Numbered from the stretch's first letter, positions 19,323 through 29,444 are shown. The stretch: DNA of 64,000 bases from Flavobacteriales bacterium (GCA_040377305.1 JBEIPA010000008.1:32001-96000), one strand, 5' to 3'. Numbers and translations are program-made. Notes: generated by a model not told the origin, from the letters alone.

Positions 19323-20279
19323 ATGATTAAAAAATACATCACCCTATTTGTATTGCTTATTTCGTTGAGTGCAGTGGCGCAAGACGATATGCAGGCTTAC
19401 CTCGATAGCATTGCTGCAGCTGAAGCCGGTAATGCACCGAAAGAATATACTTCCGCAACATTCAAGACCACACGGATTGTAAATTTTCCGTCCAGCGAAA
19501 CAACCGGAAAAAAATTGCTTGACTTCCGCATCATGCACCGTTTCGGTGAAGTGTATTCGGGCTCCGGCAACTTCGGCAAACAATTTCTTGGAAATTTCTT
19601 TGGACTCGATGGCCCTGCAGGAATCAAGATTGCATTTGATTACGGTATTAACGAATGGATTACGGTCGGAATCGGCAGAAGCTCCTACGACAAGATTGTT
19701 GATGGAACAATTAAAACACGTATTCTGCGTCAGACTATGGATGGCAAGATGCCAATCAGCATGACGTATCAGGGAATCATGAACGTTACAACAAAAGCTG
19801 ATCCGCGTGCCTCACAACCTGGAGGTGTTGACAAGTATCAGTATTTCACTTCGCGATTGTCCTATTCCAATACGCTAACTATCGCGCGCAAGTTCAACGA
19901 TAAGCTTTCGTTGCAGGTTACCGCATTTCATTGTCACTTCAACATGGTCGACTTTCGCGACTACAAGAATGATGTTTTCGCTGCAGGATTATCCGGACGT
20001 ATTAAGCTCACGGCCCGCATGGCATTGACATTCGAATATGCGTATCGTATCAATCAATATGTTCCTGACAAAAGTGTCTACCAGGATCCATTCGCAATTG
20101 GTTTGGATATTGAAACCGGAGGACACGTTTTCCAGGTGCATATTACCAATGGATTTGGTATTAACGAAGTTCAGTTCATTCCATATTCAACAAGCTCGCT
20201 TGCAAAAGGGCAGATTCGACTTGGCTTCAACATCTCCCGTGTTTTCTCTACGGGTAAGCGCGAAGGCTCGACCTGGTAG
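19323..20279 (+). CDS. DUF5777-like outer-membrane beta-barrel protein
   Basis: ATFKTTRIVN, DFRIMHRFG, FFGLD, DIETGGHVFQ, LGFNISR. Confidence 0.85.
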   Translation: MIKKYITLFVLLISLSAVAQDDMQAYLDSIAAAEAGNAPKEYTSATFKTTRIVNFPSSETTGKKLLDFRIMHRFGEVYSGSGNFGKQFLGNFFGLDGPAGIKIAFDYGINEWITVGIGRSSYDKIVDGTIKTRILRQTMDGKMPISMTYQGIMNVTTKADPRASQPGGVDKYQYFTSRLSYSNTLTIARKFNDKLSLQVTAFHCHFNMVDFRDYKNDVFAAGLSGRIKLTARMALTFEYAYRINQYVPDKSVYQDPFAIGLDIETGGHVFQVHITNGFGINEVQFIPYSTSSLAKGQIRLGFNISRVFSTGKREGSTW

Positions 20280-20379
20280 GTGTACTAATCCCGAATTCCA
20301 AAGAGTTCGTATGTAATCCATAACAAACCCCTCACGCATGCGCATGCCTTTTGTGCGGTTGATTCGTACAAGAATTACT

Positions 20380-21252
20380 ATGAAAAAGAACAAGACAACA
20401 TTAGCGTTAGTTGCAGCGATCGCACTCGCGGGATTTGCAACAATGAGTTTCGATATACTCGACGACACCGGAAAAGCGGGACGTACGGGTGCGCCGGGTG
20501 AATCAACGTGTACAGGTTGTCATACAGGTTCTCCGATCAACGATGGACTTGGTTCAGTTGTTATCAGTTCGCCTGATTTGGGCATTGGTTGGGAATACAT
20601 GACCGGTGATACGTACACGATTAACGTTACTGTTTCCCGCGTCGGTGCACCGTTATTCGGATTCGATCTGGTTTGTCTCACGGGTACAACTCCTGCACAA
20701 AACGGGGGAACACTCGTTGTTACGAACACAGCTGAAACACATATTCTCAACGCGACAGTCAGCGCGGTGGTTCGCAAGAACATGACGCACAAATTGAACG
20801 CCGGCGTGGCAACAGATACAAAAACGTTTACGTTCGAATGGATTGCACCCACAACCAATGTTGGCAACGTTACATTCTATTGCACAGGTAATGCTGCAAA
20901 TGGAAACGGCGCGAAGACTGGTGATCATATTTACAGCACATCACAAGTTGTAACCCCGGCGGTGGGTGCAAGCATGGAAGACATTCTGAACATTACCCGT
21001 TCGTTCAGCGTGTTTCCAAATCCTGCAACAGAAAATGTTTTCGTGAATTACAATGTTGCAATCGGTGAGCGCGTTGATTTTACCTTGATGACACTCGACG
21101 GAAAATCGGTTGGTCCTGTTTACAGTTTCAATGGAACCGGTGACAGAGCAACATCCATGCTTTCTCTTCCTGCGGATCTTGCCAAAGGAATTTATTTCAT
21201 TCGCATGGAAAGCGGATCGAACAGTAGTATACAGAAGGTTGTGCTGGAATAA
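20380..21252 (+). CDS. T9SS cargo with CxxCH and Reeler/choice-of-anchor V-like domain
   Basis: GRTGAPGESTCTGCH; FEWIAP; GNAANGNG...GD; CTD FPNPA...GIYFIR. Confidence 0.82.
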   Translation: MKKNKTTLALVAAIALAGFATMSFDILDDTGKAGRTGAPGESTCTGCHTGSPINDGLGSVVISSPDLGIGWEYMTGDTYTINVTVSRVGAPLFGFDLVCLTGTTPAQNGGTLVVTNTAETHILNATVSAVVRKNMTHKLNAGVATDTKTFTFEWIAPTTNVGNVTFYCTGNAANGNGAKTGDHIYSTSQVVTPAVGASMEDILNITRSFSVFPNPATENVFVNYNVAIGERVDFTLMTLDGKSVGPVYSFNGTGDRATSMLSLPADLAKGIYFIRMESGSNSSIQKVVLE

Positions 21253-21271
21253 CATCCTCACACTTTCTTGC

Positions 21272-21307
21272 AAAGGCGTCTCACCCCCCGAGGCGCCTTT
21301 ATTATTT
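21272..21307 (+). terminator. Intrinsic terminator
   Basis: AAAGGCGTCTC-loop-GAGGCGCCTTT followed by ATTATTT. Confidence 0.75.
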
Positions 21308-21370
21308 CCACTTGTTCATTGAGCGTTTACTCGTGAGTGCGATCGCTGTTCAGTCAAATTCCTTAACTTG

Positions 21371-21892
21371 ATGCTATCAATGAACAAACTCGCTGACTCT
21401 TCCGGAACAGTTGTCTATGAACTAAACAACCAGATTGTTGTCGCCAAAAAATCGGCACAATGGACAACAACCTTCCTGTTTGTTTCCGTACTCGTTACAA
21501 TCATTACGCTTGCAAATAGTGTCGTTCAGCTTTGGCTTCAATTGAACGCCGCAGTTTCAATTGCGCTGCTTGGAATTGGACTATTGTTTCTGGTGATTAC
21601 AATTCTCGTTGCGCGTTACAGAAAGAAAGTGAATTCCATTCCATGGAATGAGCTCGAAGTAATCTGTAAACTGGATCATGGAAAAGGAAAAGTGATTGAC
21701 AGTCAAGAACAAATCCTATGTGATTTGTCGGAAGCACGATTGCACCGTCAAATGCAAATGACATCGAGTTCATCTGCGCTGATATTGCTAGCAGGCAACA
21801 GAAAAATAAAGTTGGTCAGTGGAAGTCCTTTTTCCGGTGGAATGGGTGCGGTGGAAAAGGCTTTGCTGGATCGTGGAATTAAAAAGAAATAG
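21371..21892 (+). CDS. Hypothetical two-TM membrane protein
   Basis: Two hydrophobic segments; abuts the next gene. Confidence 0.65.
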   Translation: MLSMNKLADSSGTVVYELNNQIVVAKKSAQWTTTFLFVSVLVTIITLANSVVQLWLQLNAAVSIALLGIGLLFLVITILVARYRKKVNSIPWNELEVICKLDHGKGKVIDSQEQILCDLSEARLHRQMQMTSSSSALILLAGNRKIKLVSGSPFSGGMGAVEKALLDRGIKKK

Positions 21893-22444
21893 ATGAAAAA
21901 ACTTATTCCTTTTTTATTCATTTTGTTTCTGTTCGGATCTTCCGCTTTCGTCAAGCCTGTTGCCATTGAGTCTGTTTCAGATTCCTACTGGGTCAAATTC
22001 CAGGACGACAGCGGTCGTTTTGGATATCTAAATACCAAGGGCGATACGATGATTCCCGGAGGAAGATATTGGCCATGCTATACCGATACGTTCAGGGCTT
22101 ATGCCATTGTTTGTAGCACAAGTAATGGCGACTTCATTGCAATCAACAAACAGGAAAAAGTGCTTTACAAAGTTTTTGGCTTCGACAACGGTCCCGATCC
22201 AGTGTCTGAAGGTCGATTTAGAATTCTAAAAAATGGCCTAATTGGTTTTGCCGATGAGCGAACGGGAAAAGTGATGATTTACCCGCAGTACAAATGTGCT
22301 TTCCCTTACGAAAATGGTGTCTCAGAAGTTTCTTTTGATTGCAACGTGAAACCTCCAAAAGGAGATGAACACGGAACATGGACGGGCGGTAACTGGTTTT
22401 ACATTGATCATGCCGGAAAGAAAGCTCCACCGCCTGAACATTGA
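21893..22444 (+). CDS. WG-repeat secreted protein
   Basis: GRFGYLNTKG, SEG...GLIGFAD, PYENG, WFYIDHAG. Confidence 0.85.
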   Translation: MKKLIPFLFILFLFGSSAFVKPVAIESVSDSYWVKFQDDSGRFGYLNTKGDTMIPGGRYWPCYTDTFRAYAIVCSTSNGDFIAINKQEKVLYKVFGFDNGPDPVSEGRFRILKNGLIGFADERTGKVMIYPQYKCAFPYENGVSEVSFDCNVKPPKGDEHGTWTGGNWFYIDHAGKKAPPPEH

Positions 22445-22550
22445 TAGTAATCCACACTTACTCGTTCACAGTTTACACTTATCAGCTCAACCAATCCGGA
22501 TTGCATCACTTAGCTTTACTTTGTAATTAGCCAGAAATCCGCATCGCTGA

Positions 22551-23840
22551 ATGATTCTTATTGTTTTTACCACTGAGTACCGCACCGGTAGCGATAAATT
22601 CGCAAGAATTGCCGCAACGATGGAACGTGAAACGAAAGCACGTTACACCGGTGAAGTGAAATGCGTGGGTATTCACGGTAAGAAAGATCTGAATGCGCTG
22701 TTTGAAGCTGCGCTATCCGCGGGAAGCAAAATTGACGAGTTTCATTTCATCGGTCATTCCGGAATGTATGGTCCTATGTACGGAACGATGCAATATCCAG
22801 AGCAATACAGCCCGTATGAGTTGAAGAATCTGAATATTCCATTCGCTGAAAACGCAAAAGCATATTTTCATTGTTGTCGTTCTGCCCGATGGTTTGCGCC
22901 ATACTTCGCTGAGCAATTCAAGGTAGAAGCATTCGGCTATCACTGGTACACCACTTTCTCTTCCGACAAAAAGAAATTCAGGAAAGTAACCGATGCTTCG
23001 CCTAATGTGTATGCTGCCGGTTGTGTCGGAAAGAAATCGCATGGATGGATTGGTTCGGTGAAAAAGTACACCGGAACGGATCTCGAAATAATGAAATCGT
23101 TCAAACCGACTCACGCGAATGCCGATTCGACTTACAATCCCGTTGCTGAATTATACGATGCCGTTTTTCAGGATATTAAAGTGCGGAAAGACGAATGGAA
23201 TTGGATTGTGAAACACTTTCCGTCTTCCAAAGATATTACAGTGGTCGACATCGGATGCGGAAACGGTGCTTTGCTCAAAGAGCTTTCTCCGCGAATCAAA
23301 AATGGAATCGGTCTCGACATTTCTTCCGGCATTCTGGATCGTGCGCGAAAATTCACAGCAGGTATTTCGAATCTCGATTTCCGTCAGCTCAACGGACCGA
23401 AACTTCCTCTGGAAGATCATTCAGTTGACGTTTTCATTTCCATGTTGTCGTTCCGCTATCTCGATTGGGATCCGCTCATGGATGAAGTGAAGCGTGTGCT
23501 CAAGCCAGGAGGAAAAGTGTTGATCCTCGACATGGTCACTGTTCCTGCAAAGTGGCATGAGTTTCCGAAGCTTCTGAAATCCAAAATGATGATGTACACA
23601 CAGCGTATCACAGAACCAGCATTTTCACAAAACCTGAAGAAGCTTGTGACCAATCCGGCCTGGAAAGAAATGCTGAAACATAATCCGATTCGCGCAGAAC
23701 ATGAAATGAAGTGGTATCTCGAAAGCCGTTTTCCTTCGAGGAAAGTAGAGAAGATCAACGTGGGCTGGAATTCCTGCATTCTCGCTTTCGATTCGGGCGA
23801 CATCAAGAACATCAAAGACATTTATCTCACATATCCATGA
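22551..23840 (+). CDS. Class I SAM methyltransferase fused to an N-terminal His/Cys alpha-beta domain
   Basis: VVDIGCGNG, GLDIS, LKPGG; N-terminal HFIGHSG...FHCCRS. Confidence 0.85.
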   Translation: MILIVFTTEYRTGSDKFARIAATMERETKARYTGEVKCVGIHGKKDLNALFEAALSAGSKIDEFHFIGHSGMYGPMYGTMQYPEQYSPYELKNLNIPFAENAKAYFHCCRSARWFAPYFAEQFKVEAFGYHWYTTFSSDKKKFRKVTDASPNVYAAGCVGKKSHGWIGSVKKYTGTDLEIMKSFKPTHANADSTYNPVAELYDAVFQDIKVRKDEWNWIVKHFPSSKDITVVDIGCGNGALLKELSPRIKNGIGLDISSGILDRARKFTAGISNLDFRQLNGPKLPLEDHSVDVFISMLSFRYLDWDPLMDEVKRVLKPGGKVLILDMVTVPAKWHEFPKLLKSKMMMYTQRITEPAFSQNLKKLVTNPAWKEMLKHNPIRAEHEMKWYLESRFPSRKVEKINVGWNSCILAFDSGDIKNIKDIYLTYP

Positions 23841-24565
23841 AGATCGGAATTTGCGATTACGGCATTGGTGGAATCGGGTTGTACAAGCTGGTTCGTCCGC
23901 GCACAACAGCCGACATCATTTACTTTTCTGATTCGGGATTTACACCTTACGGAAAAGTTTCAGAAGAAGAATTGCGCGCGCGAATGGATCACGTAATTGC
24001 GTGGTTCAATTCCATGGGAGTCGATCAGATTGCTGTGGCGTGTAATGCTGCGAGTACGGTGATTAAACCTTCGCAGAACATTACCGGAATTATTCCACAT
24101 GGCATTAATCTGGTGATGCAACATCGTCCACAGTCCATTGCGATTGTTGGTGGGTCGCGAACAATTGAATCGGAATCGTACAAGAATATTTTCGAGAAAA
24201 ATGGAATAGACGTAGTTCAACGTGTTGCGCAAACCCTTTCCATTCGCATTGAAGCAGGCGACATTGATTCGAAAGAACTCGACGAAGATCTTGCAGATAT
24301 TTTTAATCCGATCAGCGATGCGGAATACACATTGCTTGCATGTACACATTATCCGGCAATCGCTCAGCGCATTCAGCGTTTCACCTACTCTACCCTACTC
24401 GATCCTTCTGCTGAAATGGCTGAGTGGATCTTTGAGAACTGGGAAGGCATGAACGGTGAGTCCAAAGACGAATGGTTCACGACCGGCGATACCGATCAAA
24501 TGAAAATAGCTGCTGACCGTGCGTTCGGTGTGGAGCTTCACGACATAAAACAAATTGAGCTATGA
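23837..24565 (+). CDS. Divergent Asp/Glu racemase (MurI-like)
   Basis: IGICDYGIGG, PYG, VACNAAS, LACTHYP (both catalytic Cys present); ATGA overlap sets the start. Confidence 0.88.
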   Translation: MKIGICDYGIGGIGLYKLVRPRTTADIIYFSDSGFTPYGKVSEEELRARMDHVIAWFNSMGVDQIAVACNAASTVIKPSQNITGIIPHGINLVMQHRPQSIAIVGGSRTIESESYKNIFEKNGIDVVQRVAQTLSIRIEAGDIDSKELDEDLADIFNPISDAEYTLLACTHYPAIAQRIQRFTYSTLLDPSAEMAEWIFENWEGMNGESKDEWFTTGDTDQMKIAADRAFGVELHDIKQIEL

Positions 24566-24771
24566 ACATGTTCACGAAACATCCGCAAGAAGTCGGTTTG
24601 AACTACTTTCAGCACATGTGGTTTGCATTTACTATTGTTGGCAAACTTATTTACGCCGTAATTGCATGTTTTGTGCACGCATTCTTTCCGTTCTTGTTCA
24701 CAAATACAACGAGCGGAATTGTAACCGATCTTCACAGTAAAATCACCCATCGTAAAGAACATAACGCATGA
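24562..24771 (+). CDS. DUF6356-like small protein
   Basis: FTKHPQEVGLNYFQHM...ACFVHAFFPFLFTNTTS; ATGA overlaps at both ends. Confidence 0.8.
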   Translation: MNMFTKHPQEVGLNYFQHMWFAFTIVGKLIYAVIACFVHAFFPFLFTNTTSGIVTDLHSKITHRKEHNA

Positions 24772-25499
24772 AATACGGAATTATCAAACTCGCAGCGGTT
24801 TCTTGTCGCGCTGAAGCCTCTCACAAGTCGGAACAGATCAATCAGCTTATTTTTGGCGATCTCTATTCTGTAATCGAAGAATCAGCGGACTGGCTCAAGG
24901 TAAAAGCCGACTACGATAATTACGAAGGTTGGATTCATCGCAAACATCATTCTGAAATTACAGCGAAAGAATTCAAAGCCTTGCAAAAAGTGAAAGCTCC
25001 GGTAACACTCAATCTGCTGGGACAGGTAAAAAACAAAACCGACAAATTCATTACGAGCATTCCGGTTGGTTCTTCACTGCGTGATTCAGGATTCACTTAT
25101 AAAGGCAAGAAAGCCAAACAGTCTCGCGCGAACATTTTCAAGTATGCACACCTATATCTGAATGCACCGTATCTCTGGGGAGGAAAAACTCCATTCGGTA
25201 TCGATTGCTCCGGATTCATGCAGATGTCGCACAAGCTCGCCGGAATAAAATTGCCCCGCGATTCATGGCAACAAGCGCTCGTTGGGAAAGCAGTTAAGAA
25301 TCTGAAGTCGGCAAAGAAGGGCGACCTGTGTTTCTTTGGTGATAGTGATAAAGTAACTCATGTAGGAATGCTGCTCAGCAAGAATACAATTATTCACGCC
25401 TCCGGACAGGTGCGCATTGATGGTATTGATGAGAATGGCATTTTTCCGGAAGAAAGCGGCAAGTACACACACAAATTAAAATCAATCCGTAGAGTCTGA
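24768..25499 (+). CDS. SH3 + NlpC/P60 (C40) peptidase, YkfC-like
   Basis: SH3b (QL.FG...W...YEGWI); PYLWGG..FGIDCSG; LPRDS; HVG; IHA. Confidence 0.93.
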   Translation: MKYGIIKLAAVSCRAEASHKSEQINQLIFGDLYSVIEESADWLKVKADYDNYEGWIHRKHHSEITAKEFKALQKVKAPVTLNLLGQVKNKTDKFITSIPVGSSLRDSGFTYKGKKAKQSRANIFKYAHLYLNAPYLWGGKTPFGIDCSGFMQMSHKLAGIKLPRDSWQQALVGKAVKNLKSAKKGDLCFFGDSDKVTHVGMLLSKNTIIHASGQVRIDGIDENGIFPEESGKYTHKLKSIRRV

Positions 25500-25500
25500 T

Positions 25501-25986
25501 ATGTTCCTTCGCACCGAAAATTCCCGTGAAATGAAGATCATCGGCATGCGACACAGCATGTCGTTGGTGAATAACACAACTGGAGAGCTGTTCCGCACGT
25601 TTATGCAACGCAGAAATGAAATTCAGAATCGCGCTGGCTCCGATTTGTTATGCGTACAGAATTTTCCGGAAGGTTATTACCGCGCATTTAATCCGGCAAC
25701 CACATTTGAGAAATGGGCTGCGGCCGAAGTAACATCATTCGCTCTGGTGCCTAATGAAATGGAGACAGCAATCGTTCCTGCTGGATTGTACGCCGTATTT
25801 CTTTTCAAAGGAACGCCGGCAAATGCAGGTCCGTTCTTTCAGAACATTTTCATGAACTGGTTTCCATCTTCGGAATATGAACTTGATATACGTCCGCACT
25901 TCGATGTACTCGGAAGCAAATACAAGAACAATGATCCTGAATCAGAAGAGGAAATCTGGATTCCGATAAAATCGGCAGTGAAATAG
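25501..25986 (+). CDS. GyrI-like small-molecule-binding protein
   Basis: VPAGLYAVF..KG, WFP.S.Y, RPHF, EEEIWIPI. Confidence 0.9.
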   Translation: MFLRTENSREMKIIGMRHSMSLVNNTTGELFRTFMQRRNEIQNRAGSDLLCVQNFPEGYYRAFNPATTFEKWAAAEVTSFALVPNEMETAIVPAGLYAVFLFKGTPANAGPFFQNIFMNWFPSSEYELDIRPHFDVLGSKYKNNDPESEEEIWIPIKSAVK

Positions 25987-25993
25987 TTGACGC

Positions 25994-27172
25994 ATGTTGT
26001 GGCAGGACTCGCTCTTCTTCATTTCACTGTATTTCATACGTCCGCTTACGGTCCTCATTCATGAATTGGGTCATGCGATTCCATTAGTACTGCTGACAAA
26101 AAATCGTGCAACTGTTTTTGTAGGTTCTTATGGCAAGCGAGAAGACTCGATGCGAATCAAATTGCCTAAAATGGAAATTTTCCTGCGTTACAACCCGTTC
26201 GGATGGAACAAAGGAGTTTGCATTCCGAGTTCAGGAGAAATACCGATTAACATTCAGATAATCTATACAGCGGGTGGCGCTTTAATTTCTTTGCTGGTAG
26301 CCGGGGTTGCATTCGGAATCAGCACAACCTATCCTGGCTATTCGTATCCTGGTTTTTTCATTGTCCTATTTCTGTTCTCGGCAATTTATGATGTGTTTCA
26401 TAACCTGATCCCCAGCGATAATCCGATTCAGCTCGACGATGGCACACAAACATACAATGATGGTAAGCAATTGCGTGATCTGTTCCGTTATGGAAAAATC
26501 AAAGGTGAACTCAAGCAAGCGTTCACCTTTTATGAAGCGAAGGAATACAGAAAAGCTGCTGAACTTCTTCGCAACAACTTACCTCAGGGCAAATCGCAAC
26601 CGCTAATTACAAAGGTCGCAGTATTCTGCATTCTGCGTGCGGGTCCAATCGAGCATGACCTCGAATTCTTAAAACGTTTGCATGCATCGAATACAATGGA
26701 TATCGATGACCTCAGCAATACGGGCACCTGTTTTGCCATGGTGAAAAGGAATGAAGAGGCTATGATATTCCTTCGGCAAGCGCTTGCCAACGATCCGGGA
26801 CATCTTTACGCTAATGCAAACATCGCGTACGTGCTGTATAACGAGGGCAAATATGAGGAGGCACTGAAAGTGTTTACCCTCGTCACCGAGATCAATGATC
26901 AGTTCTCCTATGGATTCAGCAACCGCGGAATTGTGAAAATTGAGATGGGCGATGAAGCCGGTGGACTTGCGGATATCCGTAAAGCGATGGAATTGGATCC
27001 AGACGATTCATTTTCTTACCGCAGTATGGGAATCTATCACCTGAAGAAAAATGAATTTGATGCAGCGCTTGAGATGTTCAAAAAGGCGAAACAGCTTTAC
27101 GCCAGGACCGATGGGATTGATGAGCTAATCAGACAAGCGGAAACACATGAAGTAAATCTTGATTTAATCTAG
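25994..27172 (+). CDS. M50-like membrane metalloprotease fused to TPR repeats
   Basis: HELGH in a hydrophobic N-terminus, AGG, NLIP...NDG; several C-terminal TPRs. Confidence 0.82.
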   Translation: MLWQDSLFFISLYFIRPLTVLIHELGHAIPLVLLTKNRATVFVGSYGKREDSMRIKLPKMEIFLRYNPFGWNKGVCIPSSGEIPINIQIIYTAGGALISLLVAGVAFGISTTYPGYSYPGFFIVLFLFSAIYDVFHNLIPSDNPIQLDDGTQTYNDGKQLRDLFRYGKIKGELKQAFTFYEAKEYRKAAELLRNNLPQGKSQPLITKVAVFCILRAGPIEHDLEFLKRLHASNTMDIDDLSNTGTCFAMVKRNEEAMIFLRQALANDPGHLYANANIAYVLYNEGKYEEALKVFTLVTEINDQFSYGFSNRGIVKIEMGDEAGGLADIRKAMELDPDDSFSYRSMGIYHLKKNEFDAALEMFKKAKQLYARTDGIDELIRQAETHEVNLDLI

Positions 27173-27187
27173 ATCCATCGTTGCAAA

Positions 27188-27631
27188 TCACATTTCAGAT
27201 TGCACTAATCGAACGACGTGTTTGTCAATCGTGTAAGTCATTTGTTCAGCATCCAATTTCTCCAATGAAATCCAGCGAAATGTTTGCGCACCTTCTTCAT
27301 TCCGCGTATGCTCGAACGGAATCTCTGATGCGCGAATTTTTTCCGGCGCAGGCAGATTCGCTTTGTAATATATACTGATTAGCTGATCTTCTGCACGAAA
27401 AGCAGACTGCATGAAAAAATCGGTGGTATAAAAATGCTCCCATGAAATCGGATCCTGATCCATTTCCTCCTTACACTCGCGACGTAAACAATCGGCGATA
27501 CCTTCACCCCATTCGAGTCCGCCACCAGGAAACTTGGTCATTTTTGTTCCGCCGCGTTCTTCGTCTGTGATTAATAACTTCCCATCATAGATGATGAGCG
27601 CGTACACGCGGATGTTGAATCGCCTGGTCAT
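27188..27631 (-). CDS. NUDIX hydrolase
   Basis: FPGGGLEWGEGIADCLRRECKEE Nudix box. Confidence 0.92.
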   Translation of the reverse strand: MTRRFNIRVYALIIYDGKLLITDEERGGTKMTKFPGGGLEWGEGIADCLRRECKEEMDQDPISWEHFYTTDFFMQSAFRAEDQLISIYYKANLPAPEKIRASEIPFEHTRNEEGAQTFRWISLEKLDAEQMTYTIDKHVVRLVQSEM

Positions 27632-29358
27632 TTGAAGTCTCCTTTCGGCAATGTGACATGCTGTTCAAATTTCGCAACCGGATAACGATTGTGCGAAGGT
27701 TCCTTATATGTCGATCGCTGGTAAACAAAATTCATCTGCATCCAGTGACTGTTTGCCAATGTCGTATCCACACGCTTTGCAGAATCCAGTTCCGCTTTGA
27801 TTTTCGGATTTTCTGTGATGATCTTTTCTGCCATTGGATCAAACACGTAATCGCTGAACCATTCTTTCTGACTAAGAACACCATCAAAGAAATTCCACGC
27901 GAAGAAACTATCATCACCCCTGGGATCCAATGTTTCCATGATGTAACGATTCGCAACCTGATTCAATTCGATAATGTAATCGCCACGATAAAAACGAACT
28001 GTAGCTTTCCGCTCACTCGTCTGTGTTCCGCGATGGTTGTAATGGGACTCATACGGATAGGCGGGTGTATTCACCTTTTCAAAATAACTGAAGGTAGCAT
28101 CAAGCGTCGTATCCTTTAAGAGCCTCGACATTTCAACGCGATTTACCTTCAATCGCTCAATCACCTCTGTCCATGCCTGCGGAATGATCATGACTGCAGG
28201 TTTCTTCACCGTCATTGTCGGCGCATACGTGTTGTAAAACCGAATCTTCTTTTCATACGGGTTGGTTTTATCGTAGGCCAATACAGGTAATCCCGAGACC
28301 TTTGAAATGACATGAGTCGATTCGTATCCTCTGAAGTCAAACATATCATATTTCGTCGTGTCTAGTTTCCAAGCCAGATGAAATTCAGTTTGCTTCTTAA
28401 CAGCTTCGTTGGCTTCCTTGTGCAATCGGGTAATTTCCGCACCATCCTTCGAACATTGATTGATCATCGTAACCATCAGATCGTATGTTGCCCACACCCG
28501 ATCGTTGTATGGTTTTAGCATGTGTGTTTCAGGAACGAATCCAATGCAGTTAAACAGAGCTGCATATCCCGTTGCAAAACGCGGAGTCTCCAGAAAAGCA
28601 ACAATACCCGATTCTGGAGTTTCACCCATCGTTTCAACGTATGGACAAATTGGATTTCCCAAGGCCTTCATGCCACTGTACAAGGCAGGAACCAATTTCT
28701 TGTCCATGTATTCAGAAAGAAGTGGATGAAGTTTATTCCGTTGTGTAGCGATCAAAGTCATGGTGTATTGGTAATCTGCGCCATCTGAAACGTGATTGTC
28801 AATGAGAATATCCGGCTTCCAGAACTGAAACAATTGTTGAAATGACAGCGTGTTCTGTGCATCGGCCTTAATGAAGTCGCGATTGAGATCCAGATTTTTT
28901 GCGTTACCTCTGAATCCGTATTCTGCTGGACCGTTTTGATTCGCACGTGAATTGTTCCCACGATTCAGATAACCATCAATGTTATAAATCGGAATGATGA
29001 CAAGGATCACATTTATCGGAAGTGACTTTGGATTTGAAAGGTAATATCGTGTCAGTTGAAGTGATGCATCCACACCATCCGGTTCACCGGGGTGAATTGC
29101 ATTGTTGATCATGATCACACACTTCTTCTTAATCTCCGCACCTGACGGAGAAAAAGTCTGATCCGCAGAAAGAATAGCAGCGGTTAAAGGCACCCCGGCA
29201 TCCGTCATGCCCCACTGATCAATCGACAAAATATCGCCGGGCTTATCCAACGATTTATACTCTGCAATGACTTCAGCGTACGTTTTTGAGTTTGTGAAAA
29301 CAGGACGTTGTGCTGCGAGAGTTGTGCAGATCAGCGAGAATAGAATGAGAAGGCGCAT
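27628..29358 (-). CDS. Secreted M14 zinc carboxypeptidase
   Basis: IHPGE, DLNRDF, DNH; signal peptide. Confidence 0.88.
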   Translation of the reverse strand: MRLLILFSLICTTLAAQRPVFTNSKTYAEVIAEYKSLDKPGDILSIDQWGMTDAGVPLTAAILSADQTFSPSGAEIKKKCVIMINNAIHPGEPDGVDASLQLTRYYLSNPKSLPINVILVIIPIYNIDGYLNRGNNSRANQNGPAEYGFRGNAKNLDLNRDFIKADAQNTLSFQQLFQFWKPDILIDNHVSDGADYQYTMTLIATQRNKLHPLLSEYMDKKLVPALYSGMKALGNPICPYVETMGETPESGIVAFLETPRFATGYAALFNCIGFVPETHMLKPYNDRVWATYDLMVTMINQCSKDGAEITRLHKEANEAVKKQTEFHLAWKLDTTKYDMFDFRGYESTHVISKVSGLPVLAYDKTNPYEKKIRFYNTYAPTMTVKKPAVMIIPQAWTEVIERLKVNRVEMSRLLKDTTLDATFSYFEKVNTPAYPYESHYNHRGTQTSERKATVRFYRGDYIIELNQVANRYIMETLDPRGDDSFFAWNFFDGVLSQKEWFSDYVFDPMAEKIITENPKIKAELDSAKRVDTTLANSHWMQMNFVYQRSTYKEPSHNRYPVAKFEQHVTLPKGDFK

Positions 29359-29371
29359 GACCAAAGATAGT

Positions 29372-29440
29372 TAATAGGAAATAGGCGATAGGCAATAGAA
29401 ATATCGATTTTACTATTGCCTATCGCCTATCAACTATCGT
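29372..29440. repeat. 7-mer tandem-unit hairpin (ATAGG core)
   Basis: AATAGGA-AATAGGC-GATAGGC-AATAG / CTATTGC-CTATCGC-CTATCAA-CTATCGT. Confidence 0.85.
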
Positions 29441-29444
29441 CTGA

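Noticed and set aside
22453-22490. Possible single-arm 7-mer ladder (CACACTT-ACTCGTT-CACAGTT-TACACTT)
   Set aside because: Too degenerate and no complementary arm.
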